Source: Bacteroidota bacterium (lineage in GTDB: Bacteria; Bacteroidota; Bacteroidia; Chitinophagales; Chitinophagaceae). Taken from it: DNA of 64,000 nt. Shown one piece after another: positions 38,859 to 48,341 of this stretch; position 1 is the stretch's first letter; each line of letters begins with the position of its first letter. The notes under the pieces are model-generated. The model saw only the letters and a program-made list of their open reading frames with translations, did not search any database and was not told where the DNA came from. Both the position numbers and the translations under genes were made by a program. The DNA lies in contig JAFDXF010000019.1 of the NCBI GenBank assembly GCA_018268055.1, forward strand, positions 8,580 to 72,579, read 5' to 3'.

Positions 38859-39521
38859 TTATTCCGGTACTAATTCAGATTTTGTCAGAAATTTTAGCGA
38901 TAAATAGGTTTTAAGCGTGTTTGGATCTTTCCTTACGATTAAGTTGATGCTGAGAAATGGAAAATCTTTATCATCGCTAATGTGAATACTATTCTGCGTA
39001 GTAGTTACAAAAGGGAAAGCAAAAATGCTGATGAAATATTTATTTTTATTATTGACGATATGCTGAACGTCTTTCAAATTAGCGGAGAACAACTTTTTTA
39101 ATTTTTTATATTCCTTAATTAATAACGCATAACTCTCGTTGCTCTGATCGCCATAAAGTACTACCTGAAAAAGTAGTCTTCTATGATAGTTTAAAGAATC
39201 TTTGTGTTTAAAGAGTCTTGCTTCACTAATATAATAGGCAATTGTATCTGTGGATATATCAAATGGGTTGAATGAAGTTGAGTACCCTTTAAAAAAATAG
39301 GAACTATTATCGGTTAAATATTGTGAGGTGTCGATAACAGTACGTGTGTTTTTCTGAAATTCTTCCAGCGTTTTTAAAAGTGGGTTGTCGGCAATTTTTA
39401 TTTTAAAAAAACGAAAGAATAAGTCGTTAGAAAACTCAATAGCGTTGGATGCTTGAGCTTTGACAAATATGCTGCATAATGAAATAAAGAGTGTGGAGAT
39501 GATTGTTTTTACTTGCGACAC
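38859..39521 (-). CDS. Hypothetical secreted protein (ORFan-like, AT-rich)
   Basis: GTG at 39521 overlaps the upstream TAG (TAGTG coupling); signal peptide ...FVKA|QASN; no family recognised. Confidence 0.6.
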   Translation of the reverse strand: MSQVKTIISTLFISLCSIFVKAQASNAIEFSNDLFFRFFKIKIADNPLLKTLEEFQKNTRTVIDTSQYLTDNSSYFFKGYSTSFNPFDISTDTIAYYISEARLFKHKDSLNYHRRLLFQVVLYGDQSNESYALLIKEYKKLKKLFSANLKDVQHIVNNKNKYFISIFAFPFVTTTQNSIHISDDKDFPFLSINLIVRKDPNTLKTYLSLKFLTKSELVPE

Positions 39522-39937
39522 TAAATGAAATTTTTTATCCATTTGAATAAGGCAATATCCCAGCCGAGCATTTTGAAACCGCTGTAAAATATAATGACCG
39601 CAAAAATTTTTTTCATCAATTCTTTGTCAATAACGATAGCCAACTTTCCGCCGAACAAGGCACCAATAAAAAAACCACAACATAGTAAGCCAACAATTTT
39701 AAAATTGATAGGTGTGCCATCTGCCTGACATTTATAAAAATAGGTTATCGTTGCTAAAATTACTACTGGTAAACTGAGTACAGCAAGTGAAGTGCCTTGA
39801 GCCTGATGTTGGGTATAATTCATAAAAAATACTAATGCAGGCACCATAATGATACCTCCGCCAACGCCTACTAATCCACTCAACATTCCTGCTGCAAGGC
39901 CTATCAGCAGTGCTACTAAGATTTCAGGAGAGCTCAT
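39521..39937 (-). CDS. Sulfite exporter TauE/SafE family, half-length (138 aa)
   Basis: GLAAGMLSGLVGVGGGIIMVPAL and QHQAQGTSLA motifs. Start moved to ATG 39937. Confidence 0.88.
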   Translation of the reverse strand: MSSPEILVALLIGLAAGMLSGLVGVGGGIIMVPALVFFMNYTQHQAQGTSLAVLSLPVVILATITYFYKCQADGTPINFKIVGLLCCGFFIGALFGGKLAIVIDKELMKKIFAVIIFYSGFKMLGWDIALFKWIKNFI

Positions 39938-39976
39938 ATTGTTTTTTTGTAAAGAGTTCAATGAATTCTATTTAAA

Positions 39977-40348
39977 TTAACGAACCAGTTTCATTCCAAG
40001 CAAGGTTGCTAAAAGTCCGATAAGTACACTGCCTATAACATAAAGCAAAAAATCGGTTAAACGATTTTCTTTAATAAGGCCAATTCCCTCAAGTGTAAAG
40101 GCAGAGAATGTAGTAAACCCGCCACACAAACCGGTCATTAGAAATAATTTCCAACTTTCATTATTTTCAATTGATTTAAAACTCAATCCCCAAAACAAAC
40201 CAATTAAAAAGCAACCCACGATGTTTACAGAAAGTGTTGCCCATGGAAAACGATTTGAATGATAGAATGTAATCCAATACTGACTGGCGTAACGTGCAAT
40301 ACTACCTAATGAGCCACCTAAGCCTACTAATAGAATATTCTTTATCAT
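39977..40348 (-). CDS. crcB: Fluoride efflux channel CrcB/FluC
   Basis: GGSLGSIARY, FPWATLSVNIVGCF and GLCGGFTTFSAF motifs. Confidence 0.95.
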   Translation of the reverse strand: MIKNILLVGLGGSLGSIARYASQYWITFYHSNRFPWATLSVNIVGCFLIGLFWGLSFKSIENNESWKLFLMTGLCGGFTTFSAFTLEGIGLIKENRLTDFLLYVIGSVLIGLLATLLGMKLVR

Positions 40349-40797
40349 TTTTTAAGCGAATCAGAAATTGGTGCTTTCTTAATGGTTGTATCAAAATCGT
40401 GTTCAAACAAATATTTTAAATCCACTAACCACTTTCCCTTTTCTTTTAATAGTTTAAGCGTATCGTGATCATTTTTAAATGAGTTGGAATAGATTATGAC
40501 AGTAGTAGTGTCATTAATTGGCGTTACATTATGAATATTGATTGATGAATTACGATAATTTGTTTTGGTGTCTAAATCTGCTTTTTGATAATTGCGCTCT
40601 GCAATATCTAAGTAGTTTTTATTGATGGAATCAGGGAGCATATAATTTTGTGCTTCTTTGAACTTACCATCTAATGCAGCACGAATAAAGCTCGAAGCCG
40701 TATTCACATCATCATCTTGCGACTCATTTTGTTTTTTGCTACCACAGGCTGCTAAAAATAAAAGCAGGAATAAAAAGAGTGTTTGATTACTTTTCAT
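40345..40797 (-). CDS. Hypothetical lipoprotein (NTF2/DUF4878-like, tentative)
   Basis: Lipobox LAAC; ASSFIRAALDG.F..A; GKWLVDL. Overlaps the crcB start by 4 nt. Confidence 0.7.
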   Translation of the reverse strand: MKSNQTLFLFLLLFLAACGSKKQNESQDDDVNTASSFIRAALDGKFKEAQNYMLPDSINKNYLDIAERNYQKADLDTKTNYRNSSINIHNVTPINDTTTVIIYSNSFKNDHDTLKLLKEKGKWLVDLKYLFEHDFDTTIKKAPISDSLKK

Positions 40798-40844
40798 TCC
40801 TGCAAGTTAAGAAATTGTTGCTGTTTATTATGGCAAAAGAATTT

Positions 40845-41825
40845 CTATGGTTGTTTCTTTTCGGGATTTTCCCGTTCGTGTTCTTTGGTATAAGCTCTTA
40901 ATATATGTTTTACAAGTCGGTGACGCACCACGTCTTCTTCATCGAGTTCGATATGAGCAATGCCGTCAATATTTTTTAAAATACGCACTGCAGTAGCCAA
41001 ACCACTCCTTTGATTGCGTGGTAAGTCCACCTGAGTCATATCGCCGGTGATGATTGCTTTCGCATTGGCCCCAATTCTGGTTAAGAACATTTTTAATTGT
41101 AGCTCCGTAGAGTTTTGTGCTTCATCCAGAATTATAAAGGCGTTGTCTAATGTACGACCACGCATATAGGCAAGCGGTGCTATCTCAATCGTGCGTGTGG
41201 TCATATAATAGCCGAGTTTATCGGCAGGTATCATATCATCGAGAGCATCATATAGCGGGCGTAGATATGGATCAATTTTTTCTTTTAAATCGCCGGGTAA
41301 GAAGCCAAGACTTTCTCCCGCTTCTACAGCAGGGCGTGTGAGAATGATTTTTTTGACTTGTTTATTCTTTAATGCTCTTACTGCCAGCGCAACAGCCGTG
41401 TAGGTTTTGCCGGTACCTGCAGGACCAATGGCAAAAACAATATCATTTTTATCGGCTTCTACTGCCAACTTTTTTTGATTGGCTGTTCTTGCTCTTACCG
41501 ATTTTCCATTTGGCCCAAATACTAAAACATCACTTGGATTTCTTTCGGTAAAATGATCAACGATTTCAGCATCATCTCCTCCAAGAACTTGTTCAAAATA
41601 GTTTTCACTCATGTGGCCGTTTCGCTCCAGATAATTAACGATGAGTTCAATTTTTTCTCGGGCAGGTTCAATGTGCTCAGGAGCACCACTCAGTTTAATT
41701 TGAGTGCCACGAGATAAAATTTTTAATAAAGGAAATTTCTTTTTTAGAAGATCGAGTTTACCGTTATTTACTCCGAAAAATTCAATAGGGTTTACTGTTT
41801 CGAGGTTAATAATTGCGTCTGTCAA
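40845..41825 (-). CDS. phoH: PhoH family ATPase/RNA helicase (KH plus PhoH domains)
   Basis: GPAGTGKTY, TRPAVEAGESLGFLPGDL, LAYMRGRTL, DEAQN and TGDMTQVDL motifs. TTG 41825 preferred. Confidence 0.95.
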   Translation of the reverse strand: MTDAIINLETVNPIEFFGVNNGKLDLLKKKFPLLKILSRGTQIKLSGAPEHIEPAREKIELIVNYLERNGHMSENYFEQVLGGDDAEIVDHFTERNPSDVLVFGPNGKSVRARTANQKKLAVEADKNDIVFAIGPAGTGKTYTAVALAVRALKNKQVKKIILTRPAVEAGESLGFLPGDLKEKIDPYLRPLYDALDDMIPADKLGYYMTTRTIEIAPLAYMRGRTLDNAFIILDEAQNSTELQLKMFLTRIGANAKAIITGDMTQVDLPRNQRSGLATAVRILKNIDGIAHIELDEEDVVRHRLVKHILRAYTKEHERENPEKKQP

Positions 41826-41851
41826 ATTCAATTAGTTTGAGTTTCAAAATG

Positions 41852-41917
41852 CCGGCATAGGGTGATACCGGATTATTGTTTGTCTTTCCACTATTTTGGA
41901 AAGCTTCACCCTCACAT
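41852..41917 (-). promoter_or_regulatory. Structured 5' leader of the phoH operon with alternative pairings (candidate attenuator/riboswitch)
   Basis: AGGGUGA/UCACCCU (41912-41906/41865-41859); CUUUCCA/UGGAAAG hairpin (41903-41884); CCGGUAU-CACCCU-AUGCCGG hairpin (41871-41852). Confidence 0.45.
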
Positions 41918-42281
41918 CTCAATATTAGCTATGAAATTTGAATTATTGGCAATTTAATTATTCACATTATGTGGAAATAGTGGATGTGAAAAGGATTGAG
42001 ATAGTATAGATAAATCCTAAATGATCTTGATTATAGCTGCATTTCTAAAACTTCAAAATGTTATTACTTTATAAAACTATTTCGTTCGTGCAACGTGAAC
42101 ATTACAATTGCTGTCGTATGAATGCATAGCATATTTGCTTTATCTGATTGTTAAGATTAATAACTCAGGAATATGAATTTTTCTAATTATGGATGTTAAT
42201 AAATTCAAAAGATTGCATAGCTGCTGCTGTTATTCCAAATGTAATTTTAATTTTTGCTTTGAAAAATTTGATCATTAACCA

Positions 42282-44726
42282 ATGAACTATCGCATACTCT
42301 TTTTTACTTTTTTTATTCTACTATCTTCTATTGCAAATGCCCAGTTGTATAAACTTTCAGGCACTGTGCTGGACGACAAGAAAGAACATCTTGCTTTGGC
42401 GAGTGTAGAGATCAAAGAATTGCAACGAGGCTTGTTGAGTAAAGATGATGGCAGCTTTGAATTTTATTTGGAGCGAGGTAAATATACTTTGGTGGTGAGC
42501 ATGACGGGTTACAAGCCTTTGGTACGTACTGTTTACATTAATAATAATGATGTAACCGAAACGGTGATCATGGAAGAAAATGAAGCTGCTACTTTAGGTG
42601 AAGTAATTGTAAAGGCAAAAAGCAGAGATAGGGCAGAGGAGTTGATAAGAAATGTGGTTCGGATAAAGAATAGTATTCTGGATGCAATCGGTTCTTATTC
42701 TTATAATGCATATATAAAAGCATTTCAGTTGGATTCAGGGATCAATAAAAAGAAATTGTCAGATACTGCTTTGATAACACCGGACTATTCCGGAATGGCA
42801 CTGTCTGAGATTGCAGTACATGTAGATAAAAACGAAAATGGTCAAATTAAAGAAGAGAGAATTGGCGTAAGTAAAAGAGGAAACACCGAAGGATTATTTT
42901 ATCTTACTGTAACGGATGGTGATTTTTATTTGTATGGAAATTTAATTAACACGCCACCCGTTTCTAAAATTCCTTTCATTTCACCATTGAGTAATGCAGG
43001 CCTGCTGGCCTATAAGTTTAAGACTTTAAAAATAGACCGAACCATTGCACCAAAAGTTTATACTATCTCTATTCGACCAAAGCAGCTCAGTAATGCAGTG
43101 ATCGAAGGTGAAATAAAAATTCAAGATAGCACATGGAATGTAATCAGTGCCAATTATCGTTTGCCTGCAGCACACATGCCGGGATATGATTATATGGAAG
43201 TAAAACAGGATTATCAAAAAGTAGGGGATAGCGCTAGAATGATTAGCCGACAGCAATTTTTGTATTACACCAAGTCAAAAAATGGGAGGCTCTATGGCGA
43301 AACAACTGTGGATTATACAAATTATGAATTAAAGAAAGATTTTAAAAAAGGATATTTTGGCAATGAAGTGAGCACTACTACAGTACAAGCTTATGAAAAG
43401 GATTCTTCATTTTGGCAATCGGTAAGAACTGTGCCATTATCTGTGCAACAATCTCTATATGTAAAATATCAAGATAGCATTTATGCCTATCAACATAGTG
43501 AGGCCTATCTTGATTCTATGGATAGAGTCTTGAATAAAATCACTTGGAAAAAGATGCTCATCTTCGGACAGATATTTAATGATCACAGGAAAGAACGTAT
43601 GTGGATTTTACCTCCGCTTACTTCATTGATAATGCCCATTTCATTTGGTGGAGCAAGACTTCATTTGGCCGGCGCTTACAGAAAAACATTTACAGATAAA
43701 AAAACACTTTCGGTAGAAGCTGATTTGAGTTATGGCTTTAGAAATAAAGACGTGAATGGAATGGTGAGTGTAAGCAGAATGTATAATCCTTTTAATCGAG
43801 GTAAATTTAAAATAAGCGCCGGTAGAAATTTTGAATTTATTTATTCAGGTGATTCCTGGGTAAATGTGTTGAAGCGCAGTAATATTTATTTGAATAATCA
43901 AATAGAAGTTGAACACGAGCTGCAAATTATAAATGGGGTGCATTTGATGAATACTGTGCAAGTGGCCTTGCGAAGGTCGGTAGCTCATTATAAAGTGGGC
44001 ACCAATACCAATAGCGTTTTCGGAATCAAAAATGAACCGGCGATTGATTTTGATCCTTATAATGCTACTTATAATGAAGTGAAACTTTATCTCACTCCTA
44101 AACTGAAATATATTCGTGATGCACGAGAGAAAATATTCTTGGGCTCCAAATGGCCAACTTTTTATACTATTTGGAGAAAAGGGTTACCAAAAATTTTCAA
44201 CAGTGCAATCAACTTTGATTATTTAGAATTTGGCCTTGAGCAAAACATCAAATTCGGAGTAGCAGGAAACACTTCATACATTATTAAATCAGGAGATTTT
44301 TTAAATACAAAAGATTTGAGAGTGATTGATTATAAATTTATGCGACGTGGAGATCCATTACTCTTTCAAAATCCGCAAAAAGCATTTCAAGCATTAGATT
44401 CTACATTCCCTGTGTTTAAGCGCTACTATCAAGGGAATCTTGTTCATGAGTTTAATGGATTTCTGATTAACAAAATCCCCTTTATGAAAAAACTGAAAGT
44501 TCAAGAGATCGCCGGAGGCGGATTCTTATTGGCTCCGGAACGCAACTTGAGGTACATGGAGTTCTTCGCAGGCTTGGAAAGAGTTTTTAAATGGCCATTC
44601 AATCCATTGGCTCGTATTAAGTTGGGTGCTTATGTTGTGGGTTCGGTGGCGAATAAATTCAACAATCCGGTTCAATTTAAAATAGGGCTTACCACTTGGG
44701 ATAGATTTAGAAATAATTGGAGATAA
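42282..44726 (+). CDS. DUF5686 plus carboxypeptidase-regulatory-like domain outer-membrane protein
   Basis: Signal peptide; N-terminal SGTVLDDKKEHLALASV domain; FISPLSNAG; SFWQSVRTVPLS; C-terminal beta-barrel pattern. Confidence 0.75.
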   Translation: MNYRILFFTFFILLSSIANAQLYKLSGTVLDDKKEHLALASVEIKELQRGLLSKDDGSFEFYLERGKYTLVVSMTGYKPLVRTVYINNNDVTETVIMEENEAATLGEVIVKAKSRDRAEELIRNVVRIKNSILDAIGSYSYNAYIKAFQLDSGINKKKLSDTALITPDYSGMALSEIAVHVDKNENGQIKEERIGVSKRGNTEGLFYLTVTDGDFYLYGNLINTPPVSKIPFISPLSNAGLLAYKFKTLKIDRTIAPKVYTISIRPKQLSNAVIEGEIKIQDSTWNVISANYRLPAAHMPGYDYMEVKQDYQKVGDSARMISRQQFLYYTKSKNGRLYGETTVDYTNYELKKDFKKGYFGNEVSTTTVQAYEKDSSFWQSVRTVPLSVQQSLYVKYQDSIYAYQHSEAYLDSMDRVLNKITWKKMLIFGQIFNDHRKERMWILPPLTSLIMPISFGGARLHLAGAYRKTFTDKKTLSVEADLSYGFRNKDVNGMVSVSRMYNPFNRGKFKISAGRNFEFIYSGDSWVNVLKRSNIYLNNQIEVEHELQIINGVHLMNTVQVALRRSVAHYKVGTNTNSVFGIKNEPAIDFDPYNATYNEVKLYLTPKLKYIRDAREKIFLGSKWPTFYTIWRKGLPKIFNSAINFDYLEFGLEQNIKFGVAGNTSYIIKSGDFLNTKDLRVIDYKFMRRGDPLLFQNPQKAFQALDSTFPVFKRYYQGNLVHEFNGFLINKIPFMKKLKVQEIAGGGFLLAPERNLRYMEFFAGLERVFKWPFNPLARIKLGAYVVGSVANKFNNPVQFKIGLTTWDRFRNNWR

Positions 44727-44827
44727 GCAACTCCTTAGCTTTTGGCTGCCATAAAAATGGTAAGAAAATAATCAATGTTTATTGTAAACAATTCACCCTT
44801 AAATTTGGGGCTTAATTTTAATAAAAA

Positions 44828-45571
44828 ATGAAAAAAACATTTATCCTTTTAATTTTTGTCGGAAGCGGCTTTACCATTAATGCACAGAAAACTAAAGTTG
44901 TGCCAAAGCCAACAACTAAACCGGCTGCAAAACCGGTTCTTAAACCTGTATCAATTTTAAAAACGCATAATGACTCATTAAGTTATGTTTTGGGTGAGAT
45001 GTCAGCTTTTAATTTAATTCAACAAGGGTTTGGTGATATTAAAATCAATGAAGTAGCATTTTCAAAAGCGGCAACTGATATCATGTCTAAAAAGCAAACT
45101 TTAATAGATGATCTCGCAGCAAATGCTTTGTTGAATAATTACATGGGAAGACTGCAAGAAGAAAAAGCGAAAGCAAGAATAGATTCAGGAAAAGTATTTT
45201 TATCTGACAATGCAAAAAGAAAAGAAGTAAAAACTACTGCAAGCGGTTTGCAATATGAAATTCTTACTGAAGGAACCGGTATTAAACCTACTACTCAGGA
45301 TACATTTGTAGTAAACTATCGTGGCACATTGATCAATGGAACTGAATTTGATGCATCTGCTAATCGTGGTACGCCATTAAAAATGGCACTTACTTCCGTT
45401 ATTCCCGGTTGGACAGAAGGACTGCAATTAATGAATGTAGGTTCTAAATTCAAACTCTTTGTTCCGTACACACTTGGTTACGGAGTATATGATAATGGCC
45501 CGATTCCCGGTGGCTCTACACTTATTTTTGAAATGGAATTAGTAGATGTGAAGAAGAAAGGACACGAATAA
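44828..45571 (+). CDS. FKBP-type peptidyl-prolyl cis-trans isomerase (FkpA/FklB-like)
   Basis: DSLSYVLG N-domain; TASGLQYE, VNYRGTLING.EFD, VIPGWTEGL and STLIFEMEL motifs. TAAATTTG promoter element at 44800-44807. Confidence 0.93.
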   Translation: MKKTFILLIFVGSGFTINAQKTKVVPKPTTKPAAKPVLKPVSILKTHNDSLSYVLGEMSAFNLIQQGFGDIKINEVAFSKAATDIMSKKQTLIDDLAANALLNNYMGRLQEEKAKARIDSGKVFLSDNAKRKEVKTTASGLQYEILTEGTGIKPTTQDTFVVNYRGTLINGTEFDASANRGTPLKMALTSVIPGWTEGLQLMNVGSKFKLFVPYTLGYGVYDNGPIPGGSTLIFEMELVDVKKKGHE

Positions 45572-45598
45572 ATTTGAATTAGTTAGTATAAAATATTT

Positions 45599-45620
45599 AA
45601 GGAGCATTGCTCCTTTTTTT
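45599..45620 (+). terminator. Intrinsic terminator after the FKBP gene
   Basis: AAGGAGC-ATT-GCTCCTT followed by T run. Confidence 0.7.
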
Positions 45621-45858
45621 ATGCATACTAATTATGATTAGCTAATGGTGTAACAATAGGTTAATATTTTTACTGTTGGTGATGCTTCTACTGAGATAAG
45701 TAGTTAGATTATCAAGATTTATAGTGAGTACAATATTTTGATATTGTGTTTTTATATTTTATTGAATAAGTAAATCTGTCAAAGCTGTGTTGCTCAATAT
45801 GAGCAAACTGAATTTTCAATAGGCATTAAGCTTTTTGATTAGACCAAAAGGTGAACAT

Positions 45859-45895
45859 AAAAAAAGGGGGCAGACATTAATATGTCACCCCCCTG
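45859..45895 (-). terminator. Intrinsic terminator after the T9SS cargo gene
   Basis: Minus strand AGGGGGGUGACA ... UGUCUGCCCCCU followed by a U run. Confidence 0.8.
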
Positions 45896-45916
45896 TGCTA
45901 ATTTAAACCTTGAGTA

Positions 45917-48040
45917 TTAGCGTTTCATGATCTTTTGTGATACTTTACTATCCGGAGTGATTAACTCTAGAATCATAAGTCCACTATTTAGTTTGTCCAA
46001 TCCCTCGTTCACTACCAATATGTTTTCACCTTTTTGTAGGCTAACATTTGAATTATATACTACCTGACCTAAAGTATTAGTAATTCTTAACACACCTGTT
46101 GTTTCAGATAAACTATTTACTTGCAATTTAATATCTGAAGTAAATGGATTAGGGAATACTGTAAAGTCTTTTATTGAACCTCCATTTAATCTTAATGGAA
46201 TTATTTTGCTATAGCTGGATTTTGTATCAGCATCAACAGATTTAATACGATAGTAAACAATTTGATAGCTATAATTGATAGCGTCTGTATATTGATAGCT
46301 GATATCTGAAGCAGAGTTTCCGGCAGCAGATTTCACACCAATCTTTGTGAAGTTTATACCGTCATAACTTCTTTCTATTTCAAAATGATCTGAGTTGATC
46401 TCTGTAGCTGTTTTCCAGTTTAGCATTGCATTATCGCCTTGCTTGCTCACTGTAAAGGAACTCATTATGACAGGTAGTGTAGTTTGCTGAGGGAATACAT
46501 TGCTCGCTAAGTCTTGTAATCCTGAAACAGTTGCTACCCAGAAACAGCCAACAGTACCGCTACCTGTATTTACTGTATTAGCATCTACATAATACAAGCC
46601 TGTAGCCGTAGATATGTAGATAGAGCCAGCCAGGTCAAATGCCACACCATTTACACTTCCAGAGAAAGTATTGCCATTCTCATCAACTAAATCAAATATT
46701 TTGGTAAACGTAGTGTTACTGCCATTAGGTGAGCCTTTAAAAATTCTTGTTACACTACCATCGCTAGAATTTGCCAATGCATAAATAGTACCGTTACCAC
46801 TCACACAAAGATCACCATTAAAGAAATCGGTAGCATTGCCGCCTACCAAACTTACGCTTGCGTCTTCAACGGTAACTGTAGCAGCGCCTAAGCCATTTGT
46901 GCCAGTTGGTACAAATTTCACTAAATATACTGTGCTGCTTGCATCACCTGCTAATATCCATCCCGATCCATCAGGTCCCATGCCAAGACGTACAAAGGTG
47001 AGATTTGTATTGTTGCTGCTTCCATTCACGTCCATAGTTCCTACCTGAGCAATTGTACCGGTTTTATCACGTCCATAAATTGTTACTACACCTGCATTGG
47101 TATTCCAATTGTTAGGCAGGTAATAGAATGTGCCGTTAGCGCCTTGACCTTGCTGATCGCTTAAACCCAATGCAGCTGTAGAGCTACCACCACCTGTACC
47201 GGTGAATGTAGGTGTGAACAAATTTGTAGGACCGGAAAAATAAGTACCATTTGCTACAACAAAGCTTGATACCTTAGTACCATTTGATGATGTAGCCCAA
47301 ATACTTGGTACAGTTGGCGCTGCTGCAAGAACGGTTACTTTTTTAGTGGTTGCAGAGATTGTTTGGCCGCCTGAACCTTGACGTGTAACGGTACAAGTGA
47401 TAAAGTAATCACCGGCAGTAGCAAAGCCACTTGCTGTAGTAGAAACACTTGTTCCTGTTATTGTCTGATTATTATTAGAAAAGCTTAATGTCGCAGGGCC
47501 TGTATTAGACCAAGCATAATTAAAATTAGTGCCACTTCCTGTCCAATTAGTATTATCATTTCTAGTAGCTGTAAGATTGAGTGTACTACCAACCAAAATA
47601 GTAGATACTGACAATGCAGGTGGATTAATCGTAACAGTAGGTACATTAATTTTAACCGTAGTTGTTAAGGTCCCATTTGTAGTATTTGTACCACTGGTGT
47701 TATTAGTGTACGTGTACGTTAGTGTAAAAGTGTATGTGCCTGCAGGTGTATTTGCCGGAATGGTAGCTACGGCATCTGCTGTATTGTTATTGCTACCTGA
47801 GCTAAGAGTCGTAGCACCAACAGTAATAGCATTAAGTGGTGTAAGGTTATTTACAGACCAAGTAGCAGCAGTATAACGGCGATTGGAGGCTGAGGTTCCT
47901 TTAAGTGCCACTGTAGTTGAGGAAGGGCCTATCCAAGTTGAGGGTGCTGCACTTCCAGATTGCGCCATCAATTCTACCGACATATTCAATGTCAATGCAA
48001 GAACGAAGGCAAATTTTAGAATTCTTGTAAATTTTTTCAT
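45917..48040 (-). CDS. T9SS type A-sorted surface protein, Thr/Ser/Gly/Asn-rich, non-catalytic by inspection
   Basis: Signal ...ELMA|QSG; pre-CTD module LPVIMSSF..LNWKTATEINSDHFEIERS; CTD VFPNPF...ITNTLGQVV...SQKIMKR. Confidence 0.88.
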   Translation of the reverse strand: MKKFTRILKFAFVLALTLNMSVELMAQSGSAAPSTWIGPSSTTVALKGTSASNRRYTAATWSVNNLTPLNAITVGATTLSSGSNNNTADAVATIPANTPAGTYTFTLTYTYTNNTSGTNTTNGTLTTTVKINVPTVTINPPALSVSTILVGSTLNLTATRNDNTNWTGSGTNFNYAWSNTGPATLSFSNNNQTITGTSVSTTASGFATAGDYFITCTVTRQGSGGQTISATTKKVTVLAAAPTVPSIWATSSNGTKVSSFVVANGTYFSGPTNLFTPTFTGTGGGSSTAALGLSDQQGQGANGTFYYLPNNWNTNAGVVTIYGRDKTGTIAQVGTMDVNGSSNNTNLTFVRLGMGPDGSGWILAGDASSTVYLVKFVPTGTNGLGAATVTVEDASVSLVGGNATDFFNGDLCVSGNGTIYALANSSDGSVTRIFKGSPNGSNTTFTKIFDLVDENGNTFSGSVNGVAFDLAGSIYISTATGLYYVDANTVNTGSGTVGCFWVATVSGLQDLASNVFPQQTTLPVIMSSFTVSKQGDNAMLNWKTATEINSDHFEIERSYDGINFTKIGVKSAAGNSASDISYQYTDAINYSYQIVYYRIKSVDADTKSSYSKIIPLRLNGGSIKDFTVFPNPFTSDIKLQVNSLSETTGVLRITNTLGQVVYNSNVSLQKGENILVVNEGLDKLNSGLMILELITPDSKVSQKIMKR

Positions 48041-48292
48041 GACTTCAAGGTTTTTTGTTTAAAAAGACATTTTTTGTTTCTATAATTGAGCTAAATACTC
48101 CAAAATAATTAACCGTTTACTACAAGAGTAATCGGATGAAAGTCATTCAAAAGAGGGAATTACAAACGCTCACACAGTTGAAATACCAAATGAATGATAT
48201 TCAAAAAAATTAAATCAGTTAATTCCTGTTTTCGGATTTCTGTGCGGCTTTGTCTAAGGAGTGTTGGAAAGAGGATTGGTGCTATACAAAGA

Positions 48293-48324
48293 CAAATGTA
48301 ATACCTACTTCGTAAACTTGCAAG
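48293..48324 (-). promoter_or_regulatory. Putative promoter of the T9SS cargo gene, implying a ~250-nt leader
   Basis: CTTG (48324-48321), 20-nt spacer, TACATTTG (48300-48293). Confidence 0.5.
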
Positions 48325-48341
48325 TGTTTTGCAAAATATTT

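Noticed and set aside
40349-41950. Canonical fluoride (crcB) riboswitch
   Set aside because: crcB overlaps the upstream gene, and the phoH leader lacks the GAUGG...CUGAUG consensus.
45790-45806. 7-3-7 inverted repeat TTGCTCA-ATA-TGAGCAA between two convergent terminators
   Set aside because: No promoter element or ORF nearby to give it context; weak evidence on its own.
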